NCBI GenBank assembly: GCA_900767605.1
Contig: CAAFZT010000048.1
Coordinates: 31,934 to 95,933 of the forward strand
Direction of reading: 5' to 3'
DNA length: 64,000 bases
DNA from: Bacilli bacterium
GTDB lineage: Bacteria; Bacillota_I; Bacilli_A; RFN20; CAG-826
Both the position numbers and the translations under genes were made by a program. A model generated the notes under the pieces. It searched no databases, was not told where the DNA came from, and worked only from the letters and a program-made list of their open reading frames with translations. Positions within the stretch are counted from its first letter, which is position 1, and the number at the start of each line of letters is the position of its first letter. Positions 1-10,671 of this stretch are shown piece by piece.

Positions 1-1
1 A

Positions 2-931
2 GGACAAGTCGGTTGGTTCAACCGGGAGGGGAAGCTCTTTTATGGGCTTATGATTGCCCTCCCGATCCTCCAATTTGTGATTTTCTATATCGTCGTGAAT
101 TTCAATTCCATCCTTTTGGCTTTCCAAAGCTATTCCAATTTTGGAGGCAAGGAAGTTCGTTCCTGGGTGGGGTTTGCTAATTTCGCTGAAATCTGGGACG
201 TTTTGGTGAATGACCCGGGCCACACGATTCAAGTTTGCATCCGCAACACGATGCTATTCTTCCTCGTGGATATTTTGATTATCATGCCCCTGTCCCTCCT
301 CTTTGGCTATTACATCCATAAGAAGGCTCTGTTTGCAGGGTTCTTCAAAGTCGTTCTCTTTCTGCCTTCCATCGTCTGCTCCATGGTCTTCGTAATCTTC
401 TTCAACTATTTTGTCGATGATGAACTAGTTCGGATATTGCAAATCCTAACTAAAGATGACTTATTGGTGACAATTTTAGGCGGAGACGCCCCAAAAGCTT
501 TATTGACCTTGATTGTTTTCTACGTTTGGATCGGCTTCTCTGGTTCCATCCTTCTTTATCTCAACGCGATGTCCAACGTCTCTCCTGCTGTTATTGAAGC
601 GGCGAAAGTCGACGGAGCGAGCGAATTCCGCATCTTTTGGAACATCATGATCCCCGGATGCTGGAAGACGTTAGTCTCCCTCTTCATTATCTCTTTAGCG
701 GCAACCGCGAGCAGCCAAGCCTATCTATTCTCCTTCTATGCAGGAAATGCACCGGCTCAGATGCAGACGCTTGGCTACTATCAATTCATGCTCATTATTC
801 GAACCGGGCAAGAAAACCCAGTCTCCTATCCGATTGCTTCCGCCTATGGGGTCATCTTGACCCTCATCGTCGCCCCCTTAACGTTTGGGGCCCGTTATTT
901 GCTCAATCGCTTTGGGCCGAGGGAGGACTAG
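2..931 (+). CDS. ABC sugar transporter permease (CUT1 family, MalF/LplB-like). The 5' end is truncated by the window edge.
   Basis: The reading frame is open back to base 2 with no stop. The protein is polytopic, with hydrophobic segments and an EAA-like loop (EAAKVDGASEFRIFWNIMIP). It is followed directly by a second permease. Confidence 0.8.
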   Translation, partial: GQVGWFNREGKLFYGLMIALPILQFVIFYIVVNFNSILLAFQSYSNFGGKEVRSWVGFANFAEIWDVLVNDPGHTIQVCIRNTMLFFLVDILIIMPLSLLFGYYIHKKALFAGFFKVVLFLPSIVCSMVFVIFFNYFVDDELVRILQILTKDDLLVTILGGDAPKALLTLIVFYVWIGFSGSILLYLNAMSNVSPAVIEAAKVDGASEFRIFWNIMIPGCWKTLVSLFIISLAATASSQAYLFSFYAGNAPAQMQTLGYYQFMLIIRTGQENPVSYPIASAYGVILTLIVAPLTFGARYLLNRFGPRED

Positions 932-934
932 TTT

Positions 935-1840
935 ATGACTGCAGCAAACCGTAAACCTACCCGCCGCCATAAAATTCATTTCAATGCCTTCGACGTGAGT
1001 GTTTTCATCATCCTTGCCCTTTATTCGATTGGGTTGTTGTTGCTTATTTTCTGGGCGCTTTTCTCCTCCTTTAAAACCGCGGATTCCTATCTTCGCAACC
1101 CAACGATTTTTTTGGGGAAGAACGCGTTCACTTTTGATAATTACATTTACGTCTTCACGAAAATGCGCGTTCGCGTCTCTCGCGGCGGCAGCCCTCATTA
1201 TGTGTATTTCGAGCAGATGCTTCTGTATTCGCTCCTGTATGCGGGAGGTTGCGCCCTCATCCAAACCGCGGTGACGGCGACCGTTGCTTATTTAACAAGC
1301 AAATACCCTTGTCTTCTATCCAAAATCGTTCATTATTCGGTCATCGTCACGATGGTTCTCCCCATTGTTGGCAACATGTCCTCCATGATTCAAATCCTTC
1401 GTGCCTTGCGTATTTATGACACGATGATTGGGATGTACATCATGAAATTTGGCTACGCGAACATCTATTATTTGATTTTCTACGCGGCCTTCTCGCGGAT
1501 TCCCAAGGACTATACCGAATATGCGTTGGTGGAAGGGGCGAGCCACTTCAGAATCTTCACCCGCGTCATGATGCCGATTGTGATGCCCTTATTTGGGACG
1601 GTGGCCTTATTATTCTTTATCTCCTATTGGAACGATTACCAGGTCCCCTATGTTTATTTGCCGGGTTCTCCCACCGCGGCTTTAGGCCTTTATGCGATTT
1701 TAAACGTCAATACGGAAATCAATGAAGCGCCGTTTAAGATCGCCGCGGGCGTCTTGCTCTTCATCCCCCTCCTCATCGTGTTCTTGATTTTCCGCAACAA
1801 AATCATGTCCAACATGGATGAAGGCGGAATTAAGGGTTAA
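935..1840 (+). CDS. ABC sugar transporter permease (CUT1 family, MalG/LplC-like)
   Basis: A GGGAGGA ribosome-binding site precedes the ATG. It is a membrane protein with an EAA motif (ALVEGASHFRIFTRVMMP), typical of the second permease of a sugar ABC system. Confidence 0.8.
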   Translation: MTAANRKPTRRHKIHFNAFDVSVFIILALYSIGLLLLIFWALFSSFKTADSYLRNPTIFLGKNAFTFDNYIYVFTKMRVRVSRGGSPHYVYFEQMLLYSLLYAGGCALIQTAVTATVAYLTSKYPCLLSKIVHYSVIVTMVLPIVGNMSSMIQILRALRIYDTMIGMYIMKFGYANIYYLIFYAAFSRIPKDYTEYALVEGASHFRIFTRVMMPIVMPLFGTVALLFFISYWNDYQVPYVYLPGSPTAALGLYAILNVNTEINEAPFKIAAGVLLFIPLLIVFLIFRNKIMSNMDEGGIKG

Positions 1841-1900
1841 CCGGATTTATTGCAAAAGAAAAGGTCGCAGGTTTATTCGCCGCGACCTTTTTGACTGGCG

Positions 1901-3133
1901 TTATTTCAAACGGAATTTTGCAATCCTTGCTCCCATGCTTGTGCCGTATTCAAAGGGGGTGATGACGAAACTTTGGTGGGAAGTTTTCTCTATCTTTTCC
2001 CCGGGTTTATCGACCATGGATAGGGAGGAAATCCGCTTATTCGTATGAAGGAGAACCGTTTTCTTGCCTTGGTCGCGTTGGACGTGGGCATCCGCGGCCA
2101 TCGGGACATCTTGGACGACGGCGTAGTAGAAGCCGTCTTTTTCAAATAGGCTCGCCCCATCTGCTGGAAGGGAAGAAGGGGTGGCGTCTAAAACAATCGA
2201 ATGATTTTTCTTGAGCCAGCTTCCTAACATCTCCATCATCCGTTTCTGCTCGATGGGCAAGAACCCATTTCCCTTGGGCCCGACGTTAAGGAGCAAGTTG
2301 CATCCAGCGGCACGGGTAGAGATCAATTCGTTCAATAGATGGGAATAGGATTTGATACAATAGTCGTTTTTGGCGTACCCCCAATGCTCGACAATCGTGT
2401 CACAGACTTCCCCGACGATTGGCCGGGAGGCGGAAGAAGAGATGGGGAAAGCTTTTCCTTTTTCGAAGGTGACGCAGTCGATTTCTTCGCCTCCTTTTTC
2501 TCCGCAGGCGGACAGCCCGGTGTTATTCGTGATGATGGCTCGAGGCTGCAAAGCATGGATCATTTGGTAGATTTCTTCGGGAAAGGTGATTCCTTGGGGA
2601 AGTCCCCAAGTCCCATCGAACCAGAATCCGCCCACTTCCCCATAACGGGTGCAAAGGATTTCGATGGAACGTTTCAAGTAAGCAAAATAGGCATCAAAAT
2701 TCCCACTTTGGAAATCCTTTTGCCACCAATCGATGACGGTATGATAGAAAACAGGGAGAAGATCATATTCACGGCAGGCGTCGACGAATTCCTGAACTAA
2801 ATCCCTTTGAGTCGGGGAGTGCGGCGCGTCCAATTCATTGAGCCCGCAGGTGTCATAAAGGGAGAATCCTTCGTGATGACGGGTGGTTAAGGTCACATAA
2901 CGGCAACCGGCTTTCTTCGCGGTTTTGCAAAGCTCTTTCGCCCAGTTTGGGGCGACTTTAAAACGAGGGAAGGTTTTTTCGATATATCGTTCCATTGCAA
3001 CTTCATCGCTGATGCGGCTATCGCGGGTATATTGAAAATGCCATTCTCCTTTGCCGAGGACGCTATAAAGACCAAAATGAACGAACATTCCAAAACCGAG
3101 TTTACGGAAATCATTAACATAGGAATAATCCAT
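1901..3133 (-). CDS. alpha-L-fucosidase, glycoside hydrolase family 29
   Basis: The N-terminus FGMFVHFGLYSVLGKGEWH and downstream HHEGFSLYDT are classic GH29 signatures. An AGGAG ribosome-binding site sits upstream. Confidence 0.85.
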   Translation of the reverse strand: MDYSYVNDFRKLGFGMFVHFGLYSVLGKGEWHFQYTRDSRISDEVAMERYIEKTFPRFKVAPNWAKELCKTAKKAGCRYVTLTTRHHEGFSLYDTCGLNELDAPHSPTQRDLVQEFVDACREYDLLPVFYHTVIDWWQKDFQSGNFDAYFAYLKRSIEILCTRYGEVGGFWFDGTWGLPQGITFPEEIYQMIHALQPRAIITNNTGLSACGEKGGEEIDCVTFEKGKAFPISSSASRPIVGEVCDTIVEHWGYAKNDYCIKSYSHLLNELISTRAAGCNLLLNVGPKGNGFLPIEQKRMMEMLGSWLKKNHSIVLDATPSSLPADGASLFEKDGFYYAVVQDVPMAADAHVQRDQGKKTVLLHTNKRISSLSMVDKPGEKIEKTSHQSFVITPFEYGTSMGARIAKFRLK

Positions 3134-3453
3134 GGTTTTCTCCTAGAGGCTGATAACCCATTATAGGGGATAAAGAACCCAAACGTCCCTGGAATTTGTC
3201 CGGTATGTGCTTGTTTCCCTATAAAGTTGTTACAAAACAAAGCCAAATCCCATCGTTAGCAACATTGATATTCGATTTTTTACCTCCCATCTATTGACAA
3301 TGCCCATTTATTTGGACGATTCGTCTGCTTGCTCTATGATAAGGATGGCTTTGAGCCGTAGGGATATTTCCATGGCAAATACAAAAGGACAAACGAGCAT
3401 TCGCTTTTAGTTCCATCAAGTATTTTTGCTATTGAAGAAAAGGAGATCCGTTT

Positions 3454-4980
3454 ATGAAACTGAATCGAGAAGAATACATTGATAAGGTCCACGCTTGCTT
3501 TATTGGCAAGAACATCGGGGGAACTATCGGAGGACCCACCGAAGGAAAACGAGAGATTTTGGATGTGAAAGGGTTTTCTACCCCCAAGGGACAACCGCTT
3601 CCTAACGATGATTTGGATTTGCAGCTCATTTGGCTAAGAGCCTTGGAAATGCAGGGACCCCAAAATATCAATAGCGAAGTCCTTGGCCGTTATTGGCTGA
3701 ATTTCATCCCCCCTTCTTGGGCGGAATATGGAATCTGCAAACACCACATGCTCCAAGGCATCGAACCGGGGGTATCCGGTTCTAGCGATATCAATATCTG
3801 GAGCCATTCTAACGGCGCCTGGATTCGCAGCGAAATTTGGGCGACCACGAATCCGCTATTGGTTGACCATGCGGTGCGTTACGCTCTTCACGATGCGATG
3901 GTGGACCATGGCATGGGGGAAGGCACGATTGCCGCGGCATTCGTCGCCGCGATGGAAAGCGCCGCCTTTGGCATCACCGATATCCATGAACTCATTCGCA
4001 TTGGATTATCGAAGATTGATTCAGAAACAAGAACCGCCAAAACCGTGAAAGAAGTGCTCCGTCTCCACGAAGAAGGCAAGACATGGCAAGAAGCGCGCAA
4101 CGCGATTGTTGAACTCAACGCCGATATCGGGGATGGTTGGTTCCAAGCCCCGAGCAACATTGCCTTTGTTTTGATTGGCTTGCTTTATGGGGAAGGCGAT
4201 TATAAGAAATCTTTGCTCATCGCGGTCAATTGCGGCGATGACACGGATTGCACAGGCGCTACAATCGGCGCTTTAATGGGCATCATGCACGGAACCAAAG
4301 TTCTTCCCGAAGATTGGGTCGCTTACATTGGTAACCGCATCGTGACCTGCTCCATCAATGTTGGAACTTCTCCCCGTATTCCCCCGACCATCGATGACTT
4401 AGTCCGTCGCGTAGGCAGAATGGCGGAGATTTGCTGCTATTTCAATGGCAATGGAGTCTATACGGACCACTTAACGGGATTAGACGTCGAATTCACCGAT
4501 GGGCCCACTGAACTGGAAAGTAACCTATCTTCCTTGCTAGATCGTCCCTGGGCGGAAAATAACGAGCAGGATGATATCCGCGCGTTACGTCTTTCCTTAA
4601 AGCCCAATACCTTTGCGGTTCACCGCGGATCTATCACGGCGATTGTCCGTTATATCGATGGATTAAACCTCCATGCAGGGGAAACCAAACATATCGGCTT
4701 GACCCTTGTTAATAACGTCAAAGCCTATGGCAATGAACCCTTAACCGCGAATGTCCAATTCATGGTTCCAGAAGGTTGCTTCACCAAGGAATCCGGATTT
4801 TCTTTCTCCGTTCCCTGCTGGACGGCGATGACCCCGATGGCCCATAGCCAGGAATACATCCTTTCTTTTGAGGTGGACGAAGTCGTGGGAAGCAAACAAA
4901 AAGCGATCCTCGAAATCGAAGTCCCTGAACAAGGGAAAACCCATGATATCGACATCGTGTTCTTCAAATATCTGGCTTAA
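3454..4980 (+). CDS. ADP-ribosylglycohydrolase-family protein (508 aa, with a C-terminal extension of about 200 aa)
   Basis: A Gly-rich N-terminal motif (GKNIGGTIGGPTEG) and a DTDCTGATIGALMG motif are typical of the ADPRH/DraG fold. A GGAG ribosome-binding site is present. Confidence 0.7.
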   Translation: MKLNREEYIDKVHACFIGKNIGGTIGGPTEGKREILDVKGFSTPKGQPLPNDDLDLQLIWLRALEMQGPQNINSEVLGRYWLNFIPPSWAEYGICKHHMLQGIEPGVSGSSDINIWSHSNGAWIRSEIWATTNPLLVDHAVRYALHDAMVDHGMGEGTIAAAFVAAMESAAFGITDIHELIRIGLSKIDSETRTAKTVKEVLRLHEEGKTWQEARNAIVELNADIGDGWFQAPSNIAFVLIGLLYGEGDYKKSLLIAVNCGDDTDCTGATIGALMGIMHGTKVLPEDWVAYIGNRIVTCSINVGTSPRIPPTIDDLVRRVGRMAEICCYFNGNGVYTDHLTGLDVEFTDGPTELESNLSSLLDRPWAENNEQDDIRALRLSLKPNTFAVHRGSITAIVRYIDGLNLHAGETKHIGLTLVNNVKAYGNEPLTANVQFMVPEGCFTKESGFSFSVPCWTAMTPMAHSQEYILSFEVDEVVGSKQKAILEIEVPEQGKTHDIDIVFFKYLA

Positions 4981-4998
4981 AAAGAAAGAACCCATTCC

Positions 4999-6669
4999 AT
5001 GAATAACATCTATTTTGATTTGCTAAAAAGATGGGGGGACGGTTTGCTTGCCCATCAAATTCGAGAAGGGGAGGAAGCCTTTCAAGGTGGATTCCTTTGC
5101 CCGAGCTGCAAAATGATTCATGGACGGACCCCTGATGCGATTTATCCCCTTGGGGTTTTATATAAAAAGACGGGGGACGTGCGTTATTTAAACGGGGCAA
5201 AACTCGCTTTTGCATACGGCAAACAACTCGAATGCCCCGACGGCTCCCTTTATAACGATGCCCAAGCCGCTTGGCCGTATACGACCGTTTTTCTCACAAT
5301 CGCGGTTTTTGAAAGCTTAAATTCTTTTGGCGATTTGCTGGATGAGGAATTTCGTTCTTCCTTGCTCGAACAAGCCAAGCACATGTCGAATTGGCTTTAT
5401 CAAAATCTCGATGAGCATTCTCGTCCCAACATCAATTACTGCACGACCAATGCCTATGCGATGTGCCTCGCGGGGCAATATCTAAAAGAACCCAAATATT
5501 TAGAACGTTCCCGTCATCTTTTCAATTATTCCCTGGCTCATTTTAGCAAGTCTGGATTCTTCTATGGCGAATCCAAAAACCACGATGCGATTTCCAAGAA
5601 GGGCTGCCGTTCTATCGATATGGGGTATGGCCTCGAAGAATCGATTCCAGCCCTGGTGAAATGCGCCTTCCTTTTAAAAGATGAAAAAGCCATCGCCTTC
5701 CTGCATGATCGCTTGATGGATAACGCGCCTTTCTTCCTGCCGGATGGAGGATTAGACAATACCTTTGGGGTTCGTAATAACAAATGGACCTATTATGGAT
5801 CAAGAACTTCCGATGGTATCTCTCCCGCCTATTTGCTTTTTGCTTCCCAAGAACCTTTGTTTCAAGAAATCGCATACCGTAACACGGAATTACTAGGCCG
5901 TTGCACGGTGGATGGCTTGCTTGCGGGTGGCCCCGACTATGAAAAACAAGGGGAATACCCCTGCATCCATCATACGTTTGAACACGCCAACGCGATTGCT
6001 TTCGACGTGGATGAAATCGAAGAACGTTATTTACTAAAAACGGATGAGAAACTCATCACCGAAACGGAATTCAATCGTTATTATCCCGAATGCGACCTCT
6101 ATCGCGTTTCCAAAGGGTCTTATCTCGTGGATGTTACGGGATTTGATTTTGATATTCCCTTCTCCGCGCACGCAAGCAGGGGCGCCCTAACTATGTTATA
6201 TGGGCCGAATGGCCCCATGGTTATGGGATCGGTCATCGATTATTTCCCGCTCCCCGAACCAACCAACCAACAACTCCCCCACGATCCTGTGACCCATCGT
6301 CCTTTACTTCCTCGCTTGGTGATCGATGGTTATTCTTCCACCTATGATGGGGAAACTAAAATCGAGAAAATGGAAGAAGAAAGAACGACGGTTTTAAAAG
6401 TCGATGGAGGCTTCGCCACCCGTGATGGGAAGAGATTAGAAGCCAAACAACATACCGAATATCGCTTAGCTGCAGATGGACTATCCGTGGATATCCAGGT
6501 GGAAGAAGGGGCTACTTACATCCTTCCCTTGATCCAAGGACATCTTAAAATCCATCAAGGCAAGCTGATTCAAAAAGAAGAGATTTTCTATCTAACTGGC
6601 GGATTTCAGGCGACAGAATATCGTTTGGAGCCGGAAAACGGCAGAATCTCTTTGAAGGTATCCTCTTAA
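4999..6669 (+). CDS. hypothetical protein (556 aa, cytoplasmic, with a CPSC motif near the N-terminus)
   Basis: It starts 19 nt after the previous gene. It is a long ORF with coding-like composition and no recognisable family. Confidence 0.5.
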   Translation: MNNIYFDLLKRWGDGLLAHQIREGEEAFQGGFLCPSCKMIHGRTPDAIYPLGVLYKKTGDVRYLNGAKLAFAYGKQLECPDGSLYNDAQAAWPYTTVFLTIAVFESLNSFGDLLDEEFRSSLLEQAKHMSNWLYQNLDEHSRPNINYCTTNAYAMCLAGQYLKEPKYLERSRHLFNYSLAHFSKSGFFYGESKNHDAISKKGCRSIDMGYGLEESIPALVKCAFLLKDEKAIAFLHDRLMDNAPFFLPDGGLDNTFGVRNNKWTYYGSRTSDGISPAYLLFASQEPLFQEIAYRNTELLGRCTVDGLLAGGPDYEKQGEYPCIHHTFEHANAIAFDVDEIEERYLLKTDEKLITETEFNRYYPECDLYRVSKGSYLVDVTGFDFDIPFSAHASRGALTMLYGPNGPMVMGSVIDYFPLPEPTNQQLPHDPVTHRPLLPRLVIDGYSSTYDGETKIEKMEEERTTVLKVDGGFATRDGKRLEAKQHTEYRLAADGLSVDIQVEEGATYILPLIQGHLKIHQGKLIQKEEIFYLTGGFQATEYRLEPENGRISLKVSS

Positions 6670-6778
6670 TTCTCGTCAAAATATTCTTCATTCTCTTTGT
6701 TCGAATTGTAAGGGCTTTCATTTTTATTCACACGCGCATAAGGTGAATGTGTTTCATACCTTTTAAAGGAGTAACAAT

Positions 6779-8032
6779 ATGAAGAAACAGACGATTCTTA
6801 TGTGTGCTTTAGGCGTTGCCGCTATCGCCGCGACCGCCGTTGGCACCGGGTATAGCGTTTCTAGCAACAAAGGGGGAGTCTTCTTTGCAGGAGGAGATGA
6901 AGGCGTTTGGAAACACTACGAAAGAAAAGAGGCGACTAAGACCGAAAAAGGCATCCGTGAATATTGGGTCAATTGTTTGACCAATGAACACATGTTTGCT
7001 AAGCCGACCACTGGAACGATTGAAGAAGGTGGAGCCTACAAAACCGAAGGGTTCACCGAGACCGATGATCGTTGGATCTATCCGGCAACCTTAACGGCTC
7101 AAGATGTGGTGATGACCGCGGCGACTAAGACATTGGATCTAGGAACGTATGCGGGTGGAACCGTTTCTTACATCAAAGCGGGTGATATTAATTTAGGAAC
7201 CAATCCTGCCAATCTTGATGTCACGGGATTTGGAACCGACCATAAGAAAGATGGTTTGAAAACGGTTCAAATCGGAACCATCAAAGATGGCAATGAATAT
7301 GCCCTTACCTGCGAAACGACGTTTATCACCGCGATGATTAAGACGGCGGATGATTTTAAAGAATATGTCTACCCGAAGGCTGATGCGGATCAATTTGGAT
7401 ATTTCAAATTGGCCAATGACGTTAATGTCCAAGATCTCATTACCACTTGGAATGACACCTGGTACGGCAACAACGCTCGCAATCATGTCTTCGGCGGTAC
7501 GCTTGACGGCGACGGCAAGAAACTCCTCGCCAAGAGCAGCGGCATTTGTGGGGCTTTTGGAAGCTTAAATAATGCAACTGTTAAGAATGTAACTATCACC
7601 GATGGCTGGTACAACGGCGATAAAAACGCCTCGTTGATTGCTGCCAAAATTTTTGGAACCACCTTCGAGAATGTTAACACCGTAATTACTGGTGGGAACG
7701 GAGATTTTAAGGCGACCGGAACTGGCACTCCAAAATGCCATGCTCCGATTGACAAAGTAGGGGCGTGTGGCTATCTTGCAAACACCACATTCCAAGCCAA
7801 TATACTCAAGAATTGCACTTTTGATGCTTCTGGATGGAAACTTGGTTCTTTGTTTGGCTGGAACCAAAGCATGACTGAACCAACGGTTACCAATTGTGTG
7901 GTGAAGGCTGCGAGTCTAGTGCAAGCGATGCATTCCAACTATAACGGATATACTTATCAGCCTAAGGGTGTTGAGATTACTGATCCTAAAACTGAAAAGA
8001 ATATTTCGGGGCTCACCTTCGTTAAAGCCTAA
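6779..8032 (+). CDS. secreted or surface protein, unknown function (rich in Gly/Asn/Thr)
   Basis: An AAAGGAG ribosome-binding site precedes the gene. The N-terminal signal peptide is MKKQTILMCALGVAAIAA. The sequence has repetitive G/N/T-rich segments suggesting a beta-solenoid. Confidence 0.55.
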   Translation: MKKQTILMCALGVAAIAATAVGTGYSVSSNKGGVFFAGGDEGVWKHYERKEATKTEKGIREYWVNCLTNEHMFAKPTTGTIEEGGAYKTEGFTETDDRWIYPATLTAQDVVMTAATKTLDLGTYAGGTVSYIKAGDINLGTNPANLDVTGFGTDHKKDGLKTVQIGTIKDGNEYALTCETTFITAMIKTADDFKEYVYPKADADQFGYFKLANDVNVQDLITTWNDTWYGNNARNHVFGGTLDGDGKKLLAKSSGICGAFGSLNNATVKNVTITDGWYNGDKNASLIAAKIFGTTFENVNTVITGGNGDFKATGTGTPKCHAPIDKVGACGYLANTTFQANILKNCTFDASGWKLGSLFGWNQSMTEPTVTNCVVKAASLVQAMHSNYNGYTYQPKGVEITDPKTEKNISGLTFVKA

Positions 8033-8050
8033 TTCGATTCGAAACAGTCA

Positions 8051-8076
8051 AGGGGCGCAATCGCGCCTCTTTTCTT
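8051..8076 (+). terminator. probable Rho-independent terminator
   Basis: The hairpin is aggggcgc-aatc-gcgcctct followed by TTTCTT. It lies 19 nt after the stop of the 6779..8032 gene. Confidence 0.5.
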
Positions 8077-8150
8077 ATGACTAATCTTCGCCTAAAACCA
8101 CTACGTCTAAAAGAAAACCGCCCACGTGGAGCGGTCTCCTATTTTTAATC

Positions 8151-9881
8151 TTACGGGTGTAACGAGATGACGTCGTCGTTATTTTGGGGTAGGAGGTCGC
8201 TACAGGAACGCTCGGCGATGAAGTTCAAGTGGTCGCCGCAACGCTCCAAGTTGCCAACGAGATTGATGAAGACGTTGGAGCTTTGGGGTTTGCATTCTCC
8301 GTTTTCTAAGCGTTTCAAGTGTCCATGGACCATCTGGGTACGTTGGTCGTCGATCGCATCTTCCATGGCTCTCGTTTTCTTTAAACGTTCCAAATCGGGA
8401 TGATCCACGATGAGAGTCGTTTGGGCAAACATCGCGTTAATATTTTTTTGCATCGCTTGAAGCTCGGTCATGACTATGGGGGAGAAGAGGAGGTCCTCCT
8501 CGATTTCATGACGGGTATAGCCGGTGATGTTGTCGGCGACTTCGGTTAAACGGACGATGTCGGCGATATCTAATTGCATTCTGGAAATCCGCTTCTGGGA
8601 TTCAGGGCTTACCCCCTTCGCGGCGATTTGGACTAAGAAGGAGCTTAAGTCGCGGGACATTCTTAGAACTCGGGTTTCCTCGCCATCGACTTTTTCTTTT
8701 TCCTGTTTCTTATCCATGAAGGCTTGGAGGGAGATATTTAGGTCGTCCAAGGCGGCTTTGGCCATGATGTGGTAATAAGAAATCGCTTGGGTTAAGGCAA
8801 GCTCGGGGGTCGTCAAGAAACGAGGATCGAGCAAATCGGATTCGGAATGCTTTCCTTTTTCGGGAACGATTTTGGTTGCCAGAAAGACCAATCCCTTGGT
8901 GAAGGGAAGAAACAAGATTGTGCAGATGAGGTTGAAGAAGGTGTGGAACATGGCGATTTGAATCGCGGGGTTTCTTGGGAACCATCTTTCAAAGGTGCTT
9001 TCCATCGCAGCGGGCCAGCAAAGAAGGATGATGAAGAAGATCAAACTGCCGAAGACGTTGAACAATAAATGGATGACGGAAGCGCGCTTGCCGTTGGTCG
9101 TAGAACCAATCGCGGATAACAAGGCGGTGGAGCAAGAACCGATATTGGAGCCTAAAATCAAATAGAGAACCCCGTTGCCGTGTCCTCCCACGACGGCTCC
9201 GGCCATCGCCATGGCAAGAACGATGGAAGTGACGGCGCTAGAAGACTGGGCTAGCGCGGTTATGACGATGCCGATTAATAGGAGCAAGAAGGGATTGGTG
9301 AGGGACGTCAATGCGTCTTTCAGCCCTTCATTACTTAAAAAGAGTGACTGCATGTTACTCGTCATGGTCTCTAAGCCAAGGAAAAGAAGCCCAAGGCCGG
9401 TGACCATATCGCCTGCTAAAGCGACTTTGGGGAACTTTTTGGCGAAGAAAAGGCGTAATAAAACCCCTACCATCGTCAACGATATGATGATTTCGGTAAG
9501 GGGGAAGGAGGAAGAATTAAGCCCGCCAAGGGCAACGATTTGAGCGGTGATGGTCGTGCCGATATTGGCGCCCATGATGTAGGTGGCGGCTTGGGCCAAG
9601 GTCATGACGCCGGCGTTGACGAAGCCGACGACCATGATGGTGGTGGCCCCGCTAGATTGCATGATCATCGTGGCGAGGGTTCCAATGCCCACTCCGGCGA
9701 ATTTGGATTTCGCTGTTTTGGCAAAGAGTTTTTTAAGCCCGCCCGTAGCGAGTTTTTCCGTGGAGGCCTGAAGCATGTTCATGCCTACGAATAAAGCGCC
9801 CAACCCGCCGATCATCAGCAAAATCGGAATCCAAATGGGGGTAGAGGCGGAATCGGCGAAGAGAGGGATCGCAGTTTTCAT
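8151..9881 (-). CDS. Na/Pi-cotransporter family protein with C-terminal PhoU-like domains
   Basis: There are duplicated membrane repeats (GANIGTTITA and GSNIGSCSTA motifs). The long C-terminal cytoplasmic domain is helical. Confidence 0.8.
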   Translation of the reverse strand: MKTAIPLFADSASTPIWIPILLMIGGLGALFVGMNMLQASTEKLATGGLKKLFAKTAKSKFAGVGIGTLATMIMQSSGATTIMVVGFVNAGVMTLAQAATYIMGANIGTTITAQIVALGGLNSSSFPLTEIIISLTMVGVLLRLFFAKKFPKVALAGDMVTGLGLLFLGLETMTSNMQSLFLSNEGLKDALTSLTNPFLLLLIGIVITALAQSSSAVTSIVLAMAMAGAVVGGHGNGVLYLILGSNIGSCSTALLSAIGSTTNGKRASVIHLLFNVFGSLIFFIILLCWPAAMESTFERWFPRNPAIQIAMFHTFFNLICTILFLPFTKGLVFLATKIVPEKGKHSESDLLDPRFLTTPELALTQAISYYHIMAKAALDDLNISLQAFMDKKQEKEKVDGEETRVLRMSRDLSSFLVQIAAKGVSPESQKRISRMQLDIADIVRLTEVADNITGYTRHEIEEDLLFSPIVMTELQAMQKNINAMFAQTTLIVDHPDLERLKKTRAMEDAIDDQRTQMVHGHLKRLENGECKPQSSNVFINLVGNLERCGDHLNFIAERSCSDLLPQNNDDVISLHP

Positions 9882-9993
9882 TTCTAGTTCCGTTCAATTG
9901 ATTACCTCATCATAGCCAAAACGTAAGGAAAAATGCTATAGATTCCTTGAAGAAAGCGCTAACACGCGTCCGAATGTAAAATAATGGTAAGAA

Positions 9994-10533
9994 TTAGAAG
10001 GTAACGGACTTTAGAACTTCATCGGTGAATAAGTCGCGCAATTCGATGCCTTTTTCATCCATTACCATATAAGAATGATGGTCGTCTTTCGGCAAAGAAA
10101 CCGATCCAGGATTCCCCAAAATCAAATCCCCTTTTTTCTCTAAAACTCCAATATGGGTATGGCCCTGCAGGAAAATATCCCCGGGGTGTTTGGGGAGGTT
10201 ATCGAATCCATAATGATGGCCATGGCAAGCGGTAATTTCCTTATCAAAGAAATAAAGGCTAGCCATATCGACGATCGGGAATTCGCTGACCCATTGGTCC
10301 ACTTCCGATTCGCAATTGCCTTTCGTGCAGATGATTTTATCCGCATGGGCGTTTAACAAAACCACGACGTCTTTGGGGGAATAGTCCTTAGGAGGGGTGT
10401 TTCTAGCCCCGTTATAGTAGCAGTCCCCCAATAAAATCACCTTAAAGGGATTGGCCTTATCCACTTTCTCAAAGAAGAGTTTCGCGTAATAGAGGCTTCC
10501 GTGGATATCGCTAGCAACGTAAATCGGGTTCAT
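9994..10533 (-). CDS. metallophosphoesterase (YfcE/MJ0936 family)
   Basis: It carries the calcineurin-like motifs DIHGS and GDxxxxG, plus GHTH. Confidence 0.75.
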   Translation of the reverse strand: MNPIYVASDIHGSLYYAKLFFEKVDKANPFKVILLGDCYYNGARNTPPKDYSPKDVVVLLNAHADKIICTKGNCESEVDQWVSEFPIVDMASLYFFDKEITACHGHHYGFDNLPKHPGDIFLQGHTHIGVLEKKGDLILGNPGSVSLPKDDHHSYMVMDEKGIELRDLFTDEVLKSVTF

Positions 10534-10671
10534 GACTTTTCTCCTAAACGTAGAAATATTACTTCAAGCAACGTAACTTGGGGATAAGGAAGCGTTCGAA
10601 TTCTTCTTAGATGCCGTGAATTCGATTTTCTAATTGGAAGACTATCCTTCTCACGATTATCCTTTAAAAGG

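Noticed and set aside
637-1274. ORFs on the opposite strand or in shifted frames overlapping the ABC permease genes (637..954, 878..1264, 999..1274, 1316..1546)
   Set aside because: They lie entirely inside well-supported membrane-protein genes. They have no ribosome-binding sites and their products are low-complexity.
2332-3246. Several 60–150-aa ORFs antisense to the GH29 fucosidase
   Set aside because: These are shadow ORFs of a confidently identified gene.
10534-10671. LexA/Cheo box upstream of the Y-family polymerase
   Set aside because: Only GAATTC direct repeats are present, with no GAAC-N4-GTTC.
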